This document shows, one piece after another, positions 18,121 through 29,161 of a DNA stretch of 64,000 nt. The notes under the pieces are model-generated. The model was not told the DNA's origin. It searched no databases and worked only from the letters and a program-made list of their open reading frames with translations. Every line of letters starts with the position of its first letter. Position 1 is the stretch's first letter. The position numbers and the translations under genes are program-made. Source of the DNA: an uncultured Christensenella sp. (GTDB lineage: Bacteria; Bacillota; Clostridia; Christensenellales; DTU072); the NCBI GenBank assembly GCA_964418255.1, contig CAYQKV010000002.1, forward strand, positions 108,421-172,420. The letters run 5' to 3'.

Positions 18121-19188
18121 CTATTGCACAAAAGAAAAAGCGAAATCGCCGTCGCTGTCGATGGTAAGAATGATGGTGCCGTTAAGGTCGGTGCGGTAGA
18201 CCGAGGCGTCTGCCGCTTCGAGACGGGCGAGGGCGTCGGGAGTGGGGTGACCGTATTTGTTATCCTGTTCGTCAACGCAGATAATCGCGTACTCGGCTTG
18301 CACGTAAGCGAGAAATTCGGTCGTGGACGAATGTTGGCTGCCGTGGTGAGCGACTTTGAGAAAATCGACGTCCATATCGTAACTTTCGCTGTACAGAATA
18401 AACCATTCCTCTTCTTCGCTCGGCGCGTCGCCCGTAAGAAGGAGTTTTCTCCCGCCGTAGGTAAGCAAGGTAATAATCGACATACCGTTTTTGATTTTGC
18501 TTTCGGTCTTTGTAAAGCCGTCGTTGCCGGGAGAAAAGAAAGTGAGAACGCAGTCGCCGACCGTTAAATCAAACGTAGAACTTTCGGGCGTATCGATAAT
18601 ATGTAACGTCGCGCCGTCCTCGGCTTTCGCCTTGTCCGTGAACTTTCGATAGGTAGCGGAACCGTCCTCATAATAATCGTTAAAATAAAAGTTTTTTATA
18701 ACGTAGTCGTCCACGACCTGACTCATCATATTGACGTGGTCGCTGTCCGGATGTGTGACGACAAGATAGTCGATAACGTCTCCCTCCACGACGTCGGATA
18801 AGTATGAATAATACCGCGTCTTCGTCGCGGACGAAGCGGAAAGTCCGCTGCCCGCGTCCACAAGCATATATTTGTTTTCGGGAAGTTCGATTACTATCCC
18901 GTCGCCCTGACCGACGAACACGAAATGAATTTTTATCGGCACGCCGTCTATTTCGCCGACGGAATCGCCCCGCACCGTAGCGGAAGTCCCGCCGCTTGCG
19001 CCGCCATTATTGCCGTTTCCGTCGTCTAAGTTGTCGTCCTGCGTTTCGCCGAGGATAGCGTCGATTACGCTATCGAGTTTTCCTGTTTTATATAAAACTA
19101 TCGTTAAGGCTACCAAAACGAGGATAAGGAGCACCGCAATTATGATTATTGCTGTCTGATTACTTTTTCGAGATTTTCTTTTTGCCAT
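18121..19188 (-). CDS. Membrane-anchored ComEC/Rec2-related metallo-beta-lactamase-fold protein
   Basis: N-terminal TM helix. MBL motifs VGQGDG..VDAG, THPDSDH, LKVAHHGS. Confidence 0.8.
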   Translation of the reverse strand: MAKRKSRKSNQTAIIIIAVLLILVLVALTIVLYKTGKLDSVIDAILGETQDDNLDDGNGNNGGASGGTSATVRGDSVGEIDGVPIKIHFVFVGQGDGIVIELPENKYMLVDAGSGLSASSATKTRYYSYLSDVVEGDVIDYLVVTHPDSDHVNMMSQVVDDYVIKNFYFNDYYEDGSATYRKFTDKAKAEDGATLHIIDTPESSTFDLTVGDCVLTFFSPGNDGFTKTESKIKNGMSIITLLTYGGRKLLLTGDAPSEEEEWFILYSESYDMDVDFLKVAHHGSQHSSTTEFLAYVQAEYAIICVDEQDNKYGHPTPDALARLEAADASVYRTDLNGTIILTIDSDGDFAFSFVQ

Positions 19189-19425
19189 ACCGTCCGCCTT
19201 ATAGTATTTTGCAGGCTTATGAGCCCGAGAAAAATTTTATCGAAAATATTATATGCCAAACGCGATTTTTGCGCAAGAAAAAGGGCGGGCATATCGCATT
19301 TTTGCGCAATAAAAACAAAGTCGCGGAATAGCGGTTTTATTTCGATAAGCGGGATACGGGCAAGGTTTGCTTATCGGTTTTCTCCGAAATAACAGCAAGC
19401 GTATAAGCTGAAATAGATTTTAACA

Positions 19426-19455
19426 TTGACAAAACGCGCGGTATTATTGTATAAT
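19426..19455 (+). promoter_or_regulatory. Sigma-A type promoter of the giant LRR gene
   Basis: TTGACA, 18-nt spacer, TATAAT. Predicts a 5' UTR of about 175 nt. Confidence 0.6.
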
Positions 19456-19633
19456 CGTTTTGTATTTTTATTTATGCGCGCACGCAGAGCGCGTACGCAT
19501 AAAGAAAAGACGGAGTGCGCATATAGCGTTTTGCCGATTGTCCGGAAAGTCCGCTTCGTTTATGCGGCGGCGAAATTACTTACTTTTCCGAAAGACAAAC
19601 GCAATCTGTTCACACCGTGTAAAGGCGCGAGGT

Positions 19634-22600
19634 ATGATGATGAAAACTAAAAGATGTACGGGTCTGAAAATTGCCGTTACGGCTATCGCGGCGGCGCTGC
19701 TTACGATGTTGCTTTCGGCGTGTTTCGGGACGCATACCGTAATTACGTTTCAGACGAACGGCGGTTCTCCCTGCGAGTCGATTACCGTAGACGGAGAAAC
19801 CGAAAGCATTACGTTGCCCACGCCGACGAGAGACGGTTACGACTTCGACGGGTGGTACGCCAACCGCGCGTTGACCGAGTCCGTTCCGAACGTTCTCACG
19901 GGAGAGAGTATTCCCACCGCAAGCGTTACTTTTTACGCGAAATGGCTCGTTAAACAGATTACCATAACTTTTGTGGCGGGAGACGACGTCGTCGAAAAAC
20001 GCGTGCTCGACTACGACTCGTACGTTTATGCGGAAGATTTTCCGTCTCTTGCCGACTATCCCGATTATCGTTGGAACAACGCTACGTTCAGGGCGCAGTA
20101 CGACCGTACGATAACCGCGGTGAAAGTGACGGTCGAAGACCCGGAATACACCGTGTCTTACTATGTCCCCGGTGAAGACGGTTTTTCCTTATACGCTTCC
20201 CGAAAAGGGACGGAAGGCACGGCTATCGTATCTCCCGAAAATCCCGTTTCTCCCGACGGCGACTCCGCTAAATATTTCGCGGGATGGTACTACGACGAAA
20301 ATTACGTCAATCTCTGCCGCGAGCTTCCGAGCAGTATAGGGGGAGAAAACCTTTCTTTCTACGCTAAGTTCGAAGAGGCGGGAGACGATTCGAGATACTT
20401 ATTCTATGAAGAAACCGCCGACGGAACGGGCGTGACTATTATCGGTTTTACCGTGGTCGGAGGATACCAGCCTACGGTGTCCATTCCTTCCGAGATAGGC
20501 GGCAAACCCGTAGTCGCGTTGGGTACGGGCGGAGAGCCCGCGGCAAAAGGCGCGCTCGGCTCGACGTTTTTGAAACGCGTGGTGGTTCCCGCGTCGGTGC
20601 GGGAGATAAGAGACTGGGCTTTCGCGGGGTGTACCGCGCTCGAAGAGGTTATTTTTACGGGCGACGCGGTTACTTCGATAGGTAAAGGAGCGTTCGCGGG
20701 GTGCGTTTCTCTTGCGGCGTTTAACCTACCCGATAACGTGACGAGCGTGGGCGATTACGCGTTCGCGGGGATAGGAACGGGCGGAACGGAAGACGTCGAA
20801 ATCGACGGGCTTACGGGAAAATGGACGAAAACGGAAATGAAACTTGCGCGTTTCAACTCGGGTTCGGCGAGCAAACTTTCCGCGCTCGGCGCGTATGCGT
20901 TTTATAACTGCCCGCAACTTGTCGGCGTCAAACTCGGCGCGGTTATGAGAGAATTCAACTACCTTGCGTTTATGGGAAGCGGCATTGCCGAAGTGGAATT
21001 TTACGAAGGGGGCAACCTTACGGGCATAGACGGCGCGGTGTATTCGCGTTCGGGAGCGACCCTTTACTATTATCCGCTTAACGGTAAAGTTGAATATACG
21101 ATGCCGCAAAGCGTAACGGCTGTCGCGCCTTACGCGTTCTACGCAAACGGCAATATAAAAACAGTCACGGTTTCGCCGCGGCTTGTTTCGATAGGAGAAA
21201 AAGCCTTCGCCGAGTGCTCTGCGCTCGAAAGCGCGTATTTAAGAGATTCCGTCCTTTCTTCTGTGGGAGAAAGCGCGTTCGAAAACTGCGTGTCTCTCGG
21301 AAGAATAGTTTTCCCTGCGACGCTCGTAACTCTTTCTTCTTCCGCGTTCGCTTCCTGCTCTGCGCTCGAAAGCGTTACGTTCGAAGGAAGCGCGCTTTCC
21401 GCGATAGGGGACAGGGCGTTTGAAAATTGCGTTTCGCTCGGTTCGATTACCGTACCGACGGACGTGACGAGCATAGGAAATTATGCGTTCGGAAATTGTA
21501 CTTCTCTCGCGTATCTGCGGTTCGGGACGAGGAGTAAACTGACGTTCGTCGGCGATTACGCGTTTTACGAATGCAGAAGCATCGGCTCGGTGTTGTTGCC
21601 GTCGGGAATAACTTCGATAGGAAGGTACGCGTTCGCTTCGGAAAGCGGCAGAATGGAATTCGAATTCGACGGAGATACCGATTTAAGCAACCTCGAATAC
21701 ATAGGCGATTGCGCGTTTATGAACACGCGAATAGCTTCGGTTACCATATCGGGGAAAATCGCGTCGAACGACGCGCTCGGGAAATACGTTTTCAAAAACT
21801 GCACTATGCTTAGACAGGCGTTCTTCTCGCCCGCCGCGTATACCGCTGTGCCCGAAGGACTGTTTTACGGTTGTACTTCTCTTACGAGAATAAGATTTTC
21901 GGGAAATATCCGCTCGGTGGGAGCGTACGCGTTTTATAACTGCGCGGCTATGGAATGGGCGGAATTCGGTTCGGGCGTTACGGAAATTTACGAAAGCGCG
22001 TTCGAAAACTGCGTTTCCCTTACCAACCCGGGAGCGGACCAAAGAGTTCTGCCACGCAACCTTACCTATCTCGGGTCGAGGGCGTTTTATAACTGTTCTT
22101 CCCTCGAAACCGTCAATATACCCGCAAATCTTGCGAAAATAGAGAAAGAAACTTTCGCGCGGTGCTCTTCGCTTACCGATATAAACTACGACGACGGTGC
22201 GGTTCTCGCCACGATAGGGGAAAACGCGTTTGCGTACTGTTCGAGCCTGCAAAGGGCGGCTTTGCCCGTTTCCCTTGCGGAGAGGAACGAAGACAACGCG
22301 AGCGGATTTGTGGGAAATCCTTTCTACGGGTGCGCGAATTTGAGAGAATACGTCTTCGCGGGAACGCCAGAAGGAACGTTGTTCGCCGAGGACGGAGTTG
22401 TCTATCGCAAGCTGGAAAAGGCGAGCGTTGAGGGCGAATACGCCGCGGAAAGGGCGATTTACGCGTATCCTACCGCAAAATCCACGGCGACGTTCAATGT
22501 TTCGACAAACGTCGCGGTTATCGACGCGTACGCGTTTTACGGATGCGTAATAAGAGGGCTCGGGTTTGCGAGAAATACCGAAGTCGGCGGAACGGAAAGC

Positions 22601-25600
22601 GTGGTTTTGGTGTCGATAGGGGACTACGCGTTCGCCGACACGCAGATAACGACGGCGAATATTTCCTTCCGCGTGTACGAAATAGGAGAAGGCGCGTTCA
22701 GAAACAGCCAACTGAGCAGCGTGACCGTGGACGGAACTTATATTTACGACGGAATAAGCGATTATTCGATAATAAATACCGATACCGACAGAGCGAACAA
22801 TCTGATTTCCATAGGAGCGTACGCGTTTGCCGAGACTTCGATAGCGACGTTTACCGCGCCGTCGAGAACGGCTTTGCTCGGAGAGGGTGCGCTCAGTTCG
22901 GATTACAAACTTTCGTCGGTGACGCTTACGGGAGGGAATTTAACCGAACTTACGCTCGGCGCGCGGCTTTTCGAAAAGGACAACCTCATTACCGAAATCA
23001 CCCTGCCGTCCTCGGTAGTCGAAGTGGGAGCGTACGCGTTTTATCGCTGTTCCAACCTCGGTTCGGTGCGCTTTGTTTCGGGCGGTTCGTTCGGACTGAC
23101 CATCGGAGACTACGCGTTTTCCGAAGCGCATTATCTGTATGAAATAACTTTGCCGTCCACCGTGGTTTCCCTCGGAACGGGCGTGTTCGACGGCGATACC
23201 AGACTTAAATACGTATACTTCCCGGAGACTCTTACCGTTGCGACCGACCTTGCCGTACCCGACAGAGCTTTTGAAGGTATGCCCGCGCTTAACGAGCTGG
23301 AAATTCCCGAGTATATCTCGAAAATAGGGGAAAAAGCGTTCGCGTCATCCGCGCTTAGAAGCATAACCTTCCTCGGAACGGAAGATTCGGTCGGACTGGA
23401 AATAGCAAGCGAAGCGTTCGCAAAACTCGACGGACTTACCGAAATAACCCTTCCCGCGAATTTAACCGCAATAGGAGAAAGAGCGTTCGCGTATTCTGCG
23501 TTGAAAGAAGTAGTTTACGGAGAGGGCAAAACCTTTACGATAGGCGACGGAGCGTTTGAAGGAACCGCGCTTACCCAATTTACGGCGACGGAAAGAGTGT
23601 CGAAAATCGGGAAGAGAAGTTTTGCAAACGTCGCTACCCTTACCTCTTTTACATCCGCGGATACGGTGACGGAAATACCCGATATGGCGTTCTACGGAGA
23701 CGCGCGCCTTTCGAATTTATCCCTCGGAAACGCGGTGACGAGCCTTGGAAGAGAATGTTTTTACGGAACGGGAATTACCGAATTCCTTTCCGAATCGGTG
23801 ACGGAAATAGGCGTCTCCGCGTTCGGGAATTCGGCGGTTAAGAAAGTATCGTTTGTTTCTTCTTCGAAAATCACGGTGGAAGAAAGAGCGTTCGAAAACG
23901 CGAGAGCGCTTGCGGAAGCGAGCTTCGAAGCGGCGGGAGAAATAGTTATCGGCGAAAACGCGTTCGAAAACAACGCGGCGCTTATCGCGCTTACTGTAAA
24001 AGGCGCGACGGCGGTACTTGCGGACGGGTTCGCTTCGGGAGCGACCTCGCTCGGAGAAGGGTTCTCGTTCGAAGAAACCGACTCTGCGTACGCTAATTAC
24101 AAGTTCGACGAAGAGGAAAAAGTACTGTACTCGGCGGATGGAAAGAAATTCGTATATTATCCCGCGGGCAAGACGGGTTCGGTGTTTACCCTTGCAAGCG
24201 AAGTGGAAGAAATCGGTCCTTACGCGTTCTATGCGAACGCGGGGATTACCGCGCTTATTATAGAAGGGGAAAACGTCGTAAGGAGCGATACCAGTTTCGG
24301 ATATACGAGCGCGGACCTTACTTTCTACGTCGCTTCCGACCTGGTGGAACAGTATATAAACAGATGGCAGACGAGCGCGTTTGCGGCGCGGTCGACCGTG
24401 CTCGGCGGGTTCGTTCTCGCGTTGCAGAGTTCGGGAGATTACAGCGTAACCGAATACCTCGGAGCGGACGACTACGTGGAAATAACCGGCGAAATGACGG
24501 ACGAAGAGGGTAAAACTTACGTCGTTTCTTCCGTCGGAGAAAACGCGTTCAGAAACAATACCGTCATACGGACTCTCGTAATAGACGGAGGGATAAAGAC
24601 GATAGCGAGCGGAGCGTTCCGCAACTGTTACAAACTCGCCTCGGTTACGATAGGAGAAAACGTGACGAGCGTGAAGAGTTACGCGTTTTATAACTGCGCC
24701 GCGCTGGAAAGCGTGGAGTTTGCGGGAGAAAGCAGTCTGATAAGCATAGGAAATTACGCGTTTGCGCGGGACGGTGAGCTCAAAGAATTCTCCGTACCAG
24801 ACGGGGTGGAGAGCATAGGAATATTCGCGTTTTCGGGAGATTACAGTCTTAAAGAAATCACGATAGGAAACGGGCTTGCGGAAATAGGCAACAACGCGTT
24901 CGAAAACTGTTCGTCAATCGTATCCGTCGCTATGCCCGCGTCGCTGTCGAAAATGGGAAGTTACGTTTTCAGCGGTTGCGATAACCTCGTATACCTCGAT
25001 ATAGGCAATCCGTCGGTGTGCTCGATAGAAAGCAACACGTTTAACGGAACGCCCGAAAGTTTGTATTTCTTCGTTCCCGATTCTGCGGCGGCAAGACTTT
25101 ACAAAGCGGACGGGGTGTGGAGAACGCATATCAGCAAAATTCTGTCCGCGGAAGAGCGTTGCGCGGAAGAAGGGTTTGAAAACTACGTCCTTAGAAACGA
25201 CGGGACGGGGTATACGCTTATAGCGTATCTCGGCACGGAAACCGACGTGGAAATCGTATCCGATATTTCCGACGACGTGAAAATCGAAGAAATAGGCGAG
25301 TATGCGATAGGACAGTTTGCGAAAAACGTGACGGTTGATGACGGCGTAAAAGTAATAGGAGAACGCGCGTTCTATCAGGCGAAAAACCTCGCTACGCTCG
25401 TTCTTCCGTCAAGCTTGGAAGAAATCGGTTCTTACGCGTTTCAATATCTCGAAAAATTGACTTCGGTAACCGTAAACGACGGGTCCGTCCTCGCTTCGAT
25501 AGGACCTTACGCGTTTTACGGATGTACGGGACTTACCGAAATCGTGTTGCCCGCTTCTTTAAGAACCGTGGGGGACTACGCGTTTTCGTGCGCGGACGGA

Positions 25601-27775
25601 GAAAGTATGAACTTGAAAACGGCGCTTTTCTTACACGACGCCGTAGGCGGAACGGACGGGACGGGAGCGAGCGTATATATTTCGATAGGAAGAAAGGCGT
25701 TCGCAAACAACGCCGAGCTTAAAACGCTTACGTTCAACTGCCGCGTGTCGGCAATCGGAGACGGCGCGTTCGACGGGTGCGAAAGTCTCGACAGTCTGTA
25801 CCTTAATTACAATCCGACGAGAAACACTTCCGATATGGTGGCTTCGGTAAGCGGAAACGGAGTGTTCGGCGGGTGCGAAAAACTTTCGGTGTTCCTGCCC
25901 ACGACGGCGATAACGGGACAGTACAGGACGGTATGGACGTCGGACTACGACAAACATAAACTTACCGCGGTTACTTACCGCGACACTCTCGGCTTCGTGT
26001 ACGCGGTTACTTCCACGTCGAACAGACAGGTTACCGTTATTAACTATCTCGGCGATGATACCGAAGTTAACTTCCCGACGGAGACGCAAATCGGACAGGA
26101 AGTGTACAGAGTGGTGCGTATAGGCAGAGAGAAATACGGGACTGCGGAAGAGGTAAACGGACGGATTATAGGAAACAACGTTACGAAAGTAACGATACCC
26201 TCCACGGTCGTCACGATAGGAGAGGACGCGTTCAGGGACAGCGAAAATCTTAAAGAAGTCACGATGGGGACGAGCGTAAACACGATAGAAGGATATGCGT
26301 TTGCCGGGTGCAAAAAACTTACCGACATAACCATACCTCTTTCGGTGACGACGATAGAAGCGTACGCGTTTTACGACTGCGACAGTCTTAACACGGGACT
26401 GCGTTTTGCGGAGTCTGTCGCCCCGCCCGCCACCCCCACCCTTATTATCGGAGGATACGCGTTTGCCGAGTGCGACGAACTTGCTTCTTTCTACGTGCCC
26501 AACCACGTCAGAACGATAGGCGGCGTAAGAACGACGGGAAGCGTAAACGTCGGGCATACGTTCGAAAACTGCGTAAACCTTACTAAAATAACTTTCTCGT
26601 CCGACGCGCTCATTACGGCAATCGAAGGATATAACTTCGTGAATACGGCGATTGAAGAAATCGTCCTTCCCCGTTCGCTGGAAACGGTGGCGGATTACGC
26701 GTTTGCAAACTGCTCGAAACTTCTGAGAGTGGTAGTGGAAAGGGAAATCGGCGCGGGCGTTTCCACACCGACGACTGCGGGGAACAACGTGTTCGACGGC
26801 ATAGACAACCCTCAATTAAAAGTTTACGTTCCGTCGGCGTCTTACGACGTGTACGCGGCAAGCCGCGGTTGGAACGTAAAAACGGTAATAGAAAACAACG
26901 TTACGCCCGACGGACTGTTCGCTTATAAACTCGACGGAACGGGCGACGGCGCGTACATAACCCTTACCGACTATCGCGGAACGGAGGAAATCTGCGTCGT
27001 GCCGAGGTTGGTGACGTTGCAAAGCCGTGATTATTACGTTACCACGATAGGCAGATATTTTGCCGCTTCGTACGTGAAAAAAGTCGAGTTCGAAAACGTT
27101 TCGTCGGTTACGGCTTTGGCGGAGTACGCGTTCGCGTCGTGCTATATGCTCGAAGAAATACATCTGCCCGACGGAATAACGACGATAGGAGCGCACGCGT
27201 TCGAAGGGTGCGTAAAACTTACCGATATAACGCTTTCCGCTTCTCTGTCGGAAATCAAAGAATTTACGTTCTATAATTGCAATTCGCTTAAAGAAATCGT
27301 TCTGCCCGAGGAAATTCTCAGCATCGGACCGTCGGCGTTTTACCGCTGTTCCAACCTTTCGAGAGTGGTCGTTAAGTTCGGGAAAAACCTCAACGAAAGC
27401 AACGTGGGCGCGTCGATAGGAAACTCCGCGTTCGGTGACGCGGGCACGGGCGCGGGCGGACTGGCTATTATAGTCCCCGACGACAAATACGCGGTATTCC
27501 GCGCGGGCTGGATTGCGGACAGAGACCGTATTTATTCGGCAAGCAACGTCGTGGGCGACTACGTGGTCAGAATAAACGATATGGGAACCGCGCTTACCCT
27601 CGTGCAGTACGTCGGCAACGCCGAGACGCTTGACCTTACGGAAATTTCTATGATGGGACTGTACGTCGATACAATCGCGGAAAACGCCATAGCGAGCGAA
27701 CTTACTACGATAATCGTGGGTAAAAACGTAGTTTTCCCGTCGGATATTGCGGACAGGATACAGATAAAGGAATAA
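19634..27775 (+). CDS. Giant surface lipoprotein (2713 aa) with Listeria-Bacteroides repeats and dozens of BspA-type leucine-rich repeats
   Basis: ATG 19634 after AGGCGCGAGG. Signal peptide with lipobox LLSA|C. ITFQTNGG...GYDFDGWY repeat. Then a reiterated ~23-25-aa LRR motif (IP..VT.IG..AF..C..L). Confidence 0.85.
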   Translation: MMMKTKRCTGLKIAVTAIAAALLTMLLSACFGTHTVITFQTNGGSPCESITVDGETESITLPTPTRDGYDFDGWYANRALTESVPNVLTGESIPTASVTFYAKWLVKQITITFVAGDDVVEKRVLDYDSYVYAEDFPSLADYPDYRWNNATFRAQYDRTITAVKVTVEDPEYTVSYYVPGEDGFSLYASRKGTEGTAIVSPENPVSPDGDSAKYFAGWYYDENYVNLCRELPSSIGGENLSFYAKFEEAGDDSRYLFYEETADGTGVTIIGFTVVGGYQPTVSIPSEIGGKPVVALGTGGEPAAKGALGSTFLKRVVVPASVREIRDWAFAGCTALEEVIFTGDAVTSIGKGAFAGCVSLAAFNLPDNVTSVGDYAFAGIGTGGTEDVEIDGLTGKWTKTEMKLARFNSGSASKLSALGAYAFYNCPQLVGVKLGAVMREFNYLAFMGSGIAEVEFYEGGNLTGIDGAVYSRSGATLYYYPLNGKVEYTMPQSVTAVAPYAFYANGNIKTVTVSPRLVSIGEKAFAECSALESAYLRDSVLSSVGESAFENCVSLGRIVFPATLVTLSSSAFASCSALESVTFEGSALSAIGDRAFENCVSLGSITVPTDVTSIGNYAFGNCTSLAYLRFGTRSKLTFVGDYAFYECRSIGSVLLPSGITSIGRYAFASESGRMEFEFDGDTDLSNLEYIGDCAFMNTRIASVTISGKIASNDALGKYVFKNCTMLRQAFFSPAAYTAVPEGLFYGCTSLTRIRFSGNIRSVGAYAFYNCAAMEWAEFGSGVTEIYESAFENCVSLTNPGADQRVLPRNLTYLGSRAFYNCSSLETVNIPANLAKIEKETFARCSSLTDINYDDGAVLATIGENAFAYCSSLQRAALPVSLAERNEDNASGFVGNPFYGCANLREYVFAGTPEGTLFAEDGVVYRKLEKASVEGEYAAERAIYAYPTAKSTATFNVSTNVAVIDAYAFYGCVIRGLGFARNTEVGGTESVVLVSIGDYAFADTQITTANISFRVYEIGEGAFRNSQLSSVTVDGTYIYDGISDYSIINTDTDRANNLISIGAYAFAETSIATFTAPSRTALLGEGALSSDYKLSSVTLTGGNLTELTLGARLFEKDNLITEITLPSSVVEVGAYAFYRCSNLGSVRFVSGGSFGLTIGDYAFSEAHYLYEITLPSTVVSLGTGVFDGDTRLKYVYFPETLTVATDLAVPDRAFEGMPALNELEIPEYISKIGEKAFASSALRSITFLGTEDSVGLEIASEAFAKLDGLTEITLPANLTAIGERAFAYSALKEVVYGEGKTFTIGDGAFEGTALTQFTATERVSKIGKRSFANVATLTSFTSADTVTEIPDMAFYGDARLSNLSLGNAVTSLGRECFYGTGITEFLSESVTEIGVSAFGNSAVKKVSFVSSSKITVEERAFENARALAEASFEAAGEIVIGENAFENNAALIALTVKGATAVLADGFASGATSLGEGFSFEETDSAYANYKFDEEEKVLYSADGKKFVYYPAGKTGSVFTLASEVEEIGPYAFYANAGITALIIEGENVVRSDTSFGYTSADLTFYVASDLVEQYINRWQTSAFAARSTVLGGFVLALQSSGDYSVTEYLGADDYVEITGEMTDEEGKTYVVSSVGENAFRNNTVIRTLVIDGGIKTIASGAFRNCYKLASVTIGENVTSVKSYAFYNCAALESVEFAGESSLISIGNYAFARDGELKEFSVPDGVESIGIFAFSGDYSLKEITIGNGLAEIGNNAFENCSSIVSVAMPASLSKMGSYVFSGCDNLVYLDIGNPSVCSIESNTFNGTPESLYFFVPDSAAARLYKADGVWRTHISKILSAEERCAEEGFENYVLRNDGTGYTLIAYLGTETDVEIVSDISDDVKIEEIGEYAIGQFAKNVTVDDGVKVIGERAFYQAKNLATLVLPSSLEEIGSYAFQYLEKLTSVTVNDGSVLASIGPYAFYGCTGLTEIVLPASLRTVGDYAFSCADGESMNLKTALFLHDAVGGTDGTGASVYISIGRKAFANNAELKTLTFNCRVSAIGDGAFDGCESLDSLYLNYNPTRNTSDMVASVSGNGVFGGCEKLSVFLPTTAITGQYRTVWTSDYDKHKLTAVTYRDTLGFVYAVTSTSNRQVTVINYLGDDTEVNFPTETQIGQEVYRVVRIGREKYGTAEEVNGRIIGNNVTKVTIPSTVVTIGEDAFRDSENLKEVTMGTSVNTIEGYAFAGCKKLTDITIPLSVTTIEAYAFYDCDSLNTGLRFAESVAPPATPTLIIGGYAFAECDELASFYVPNHVRTIGGVRTTGSVNVGHTFENCVNLTKITFSSDALITAIEGYNFVNTAIEEIVLPRSLETVADYAFANCSKLLRVVVEREIGAGVSTPTTAGNNVFDGIDNPQLKVYVPSASYDVYAASRGWNVKTVIENNVTPDGLFAYKLDGTGDGAYITLTDYRGTEEICVVPRLVTLQSRDYYVTTIGRYFAASYVKKVEFENVSSVTALAEYAFASCYMLEEIHLPDGITTIGAHAFEGCVKLTDITLSASLSEIKEFTFYNCNSLKEIVLPEEILSIGPSAFYRCSNLSRVVVKFGKNLNESNVGASIGNSAFGDAGTGAGGLAIIVPDDKYAVFRAGWIADRDRIYSASNVVGDYVVRINDMGTALTLVQYVGNAETLDLTEISMMGLYVDTIAENAIASELTTIIVGKNVVFPSDIADRIQIKE

Positions 27776-27817
27776 AAACAAAACGCCGTTTTATAACGGA
27801 ACAAAAGAGGTGAAGAT

Positions 27818-28357
27818 ATGGAATTTTACACAGTGGACATCGACGGGAGAAAGGAAGACCTTCCCGTTCTTACGATAGGAGAAAACCTGAAAATAGCGTT
27901 TTTCAATTTGCACGGAGCGCAGGAACTTACCGAGTATTGCGCGGTTAAACTTGCTAAGAAGATAAGAGAGACGGGCGCGGAAGTGGTGATGACGGCGGAA
28001 AGCAAAGGATTACAGCTTGCGCATTGCGTGGCGAGAGAACTCGGACAGAAATTTTACGCGGTGGCAAGAAAATCGAAAAAACTCTATATGCAGGACGGCA
28101 TCAGTTCTACCGTAAAATCGATAACGACGGCGGGAGAGCAGACGCTGTATCTTTCAAAGCACGACGCCGAACTCATAAAAGGAAAGAAAATAGCTATCGT
28201 GGACGACGTCATCAGTACGGGCGGAAGTCTTAAAGGACTGGAAGAACTTGCCAATCAGATGGGCGCGGAAATCGTATGCAAAGCGTTCGTGCTTGCCGAA
28301 GGCGCGGCGGCGGAGAGAGAAGACGTCGTGTATCTCGGCACGATTCCGCTGCTGTAA
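27818..28357 (+). CDS. Phosphoribosyltransferase-family protein (purine PRT-like)
   Basis: PRPP-binding loop KIAIVDDVISTGGS. 179 aa. Confidence 0.8.
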   Translation: MEFYTVDIDGRKEDLPVLTIGENLKIAFFNLHGAQELTEYCAVKLAKKIRETGAEVVMTAESKGLQLAHCVARELGQKFYAVARKSKKLYMQDGISSTVKSITTAGEQTLYLSKHDAELIKGKKIAIVDDVISTGGSLKGLEELANQMGAEIVCKAFVLAEGAAAEREDVVYLGTIPLL

Positions 28358-28393
28358 TTTAATATCTGACAAAGGAAGAAGTTTTAATATTAT

Positions 28394-29161
28394 ATGGAAA
28401 TAAGCGTATATTCTCTCGGGAGCGGGTCGAAAGGCAACTGTTTCATCCTTTCCGACGGGAAAACGAATATTATGATAGACGCGGGACTGAGTATCCGCGC
28501 TACGGTGAGCAAACTTGCGGAAATCGGCTTGCGTTTGCAGGACGTCGGCGGCATTTTGCTTACTCACGAACATAACGACCATATAAGGAGCCTTCCGCAA
28601 CTCAGTACGTATCTGTCCGTGTATTCGCACGAAGAAACCCTGCGCGAAGCGGAAAAAATCGACGGGACGAGGCTTGCTTCTCTTAACGTCGCGGATAAAG
28701 GGTTTTACATCGGCAACTTTTTTATAACGCCGTTCGACGTAAGCCACGACGCCGCGCACCCGTACGGGTTTGTGGTGGAGACGGAAAAAGAAAAAGTCGC
28801 TTACGTCACCGACACGGGGTATATCAGCAATGGCATTATGAAAAAAATCGAGGGGTGCGGAACCGCGATAATCGAGAGCAATCACGATAAAGAACTGCTT
28901 ATGCGAGGAGGGTACCCCGAGCGGCTCAAACGACGCATACTTTCCGACAAGGGACACCTATGCAACGAAGAAGCCGCGCTCACTGTAAGAGACCTCGTAA
29001 AGTCGGGCGCGAAACGTCTTATGCTCGCGCATTTAAGCGAAAACAACAACCTCGGAGAACTTGCGTATTGGACTACCGCAAAATTGCTTTCGGGAGTCGG
29101 AATACGTAAAGGCGACGTAAAACTTGCGGTGGCAAGACAAAGGGAAACGGTGATACTGTGA
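28394..29161 (+). CDS. MBL-fold metallo-hydrolase (YycJ/WalJ-like)
   Basis: LGSGSKGN, THEHNDH, ESNHD motifs. Confidence 0.8.
   Translation: MEISVYSLGSGSKGNCFILSDGKTNIMIDAGLSIRATVSKLAEIGLRLQDVGGILLTHEHNDHIRSLPQLSTYLSVYSHEETLREAEKIDGTRLASLNVADKGFYIGNFFITPFDVSHDAAHPYGFVVETEKEKVAYVTDTGYISNGIMKKIEGCGTAIIESNHDKELLMRGGYPERLKRRILSDKGHLCNEEAALTVRDLVKSGAKRLMLAHLSENNNLGELAYWTTAKLLSGVGIRKGDVKLAVARQRETVIL

Noticed and set aside
19460-19633. Upstream TTG start extending the giant protein by 58 codons
   Set aside because: The TTG lies 5 bp after the -10 box of the likely promoter. The extension is basic junk, whereas ATG 19634 has an RBS and begins a canonical lipoprotein signal peptide.
20726-27781. Several long minus-strand ORFs (127-394 aa) inside the giant LRR gene
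   Set aside because: They are all antisense to a continuous 2713-codon frame with clear LRR periodicity. Their products are Arg-rich and motif-free.
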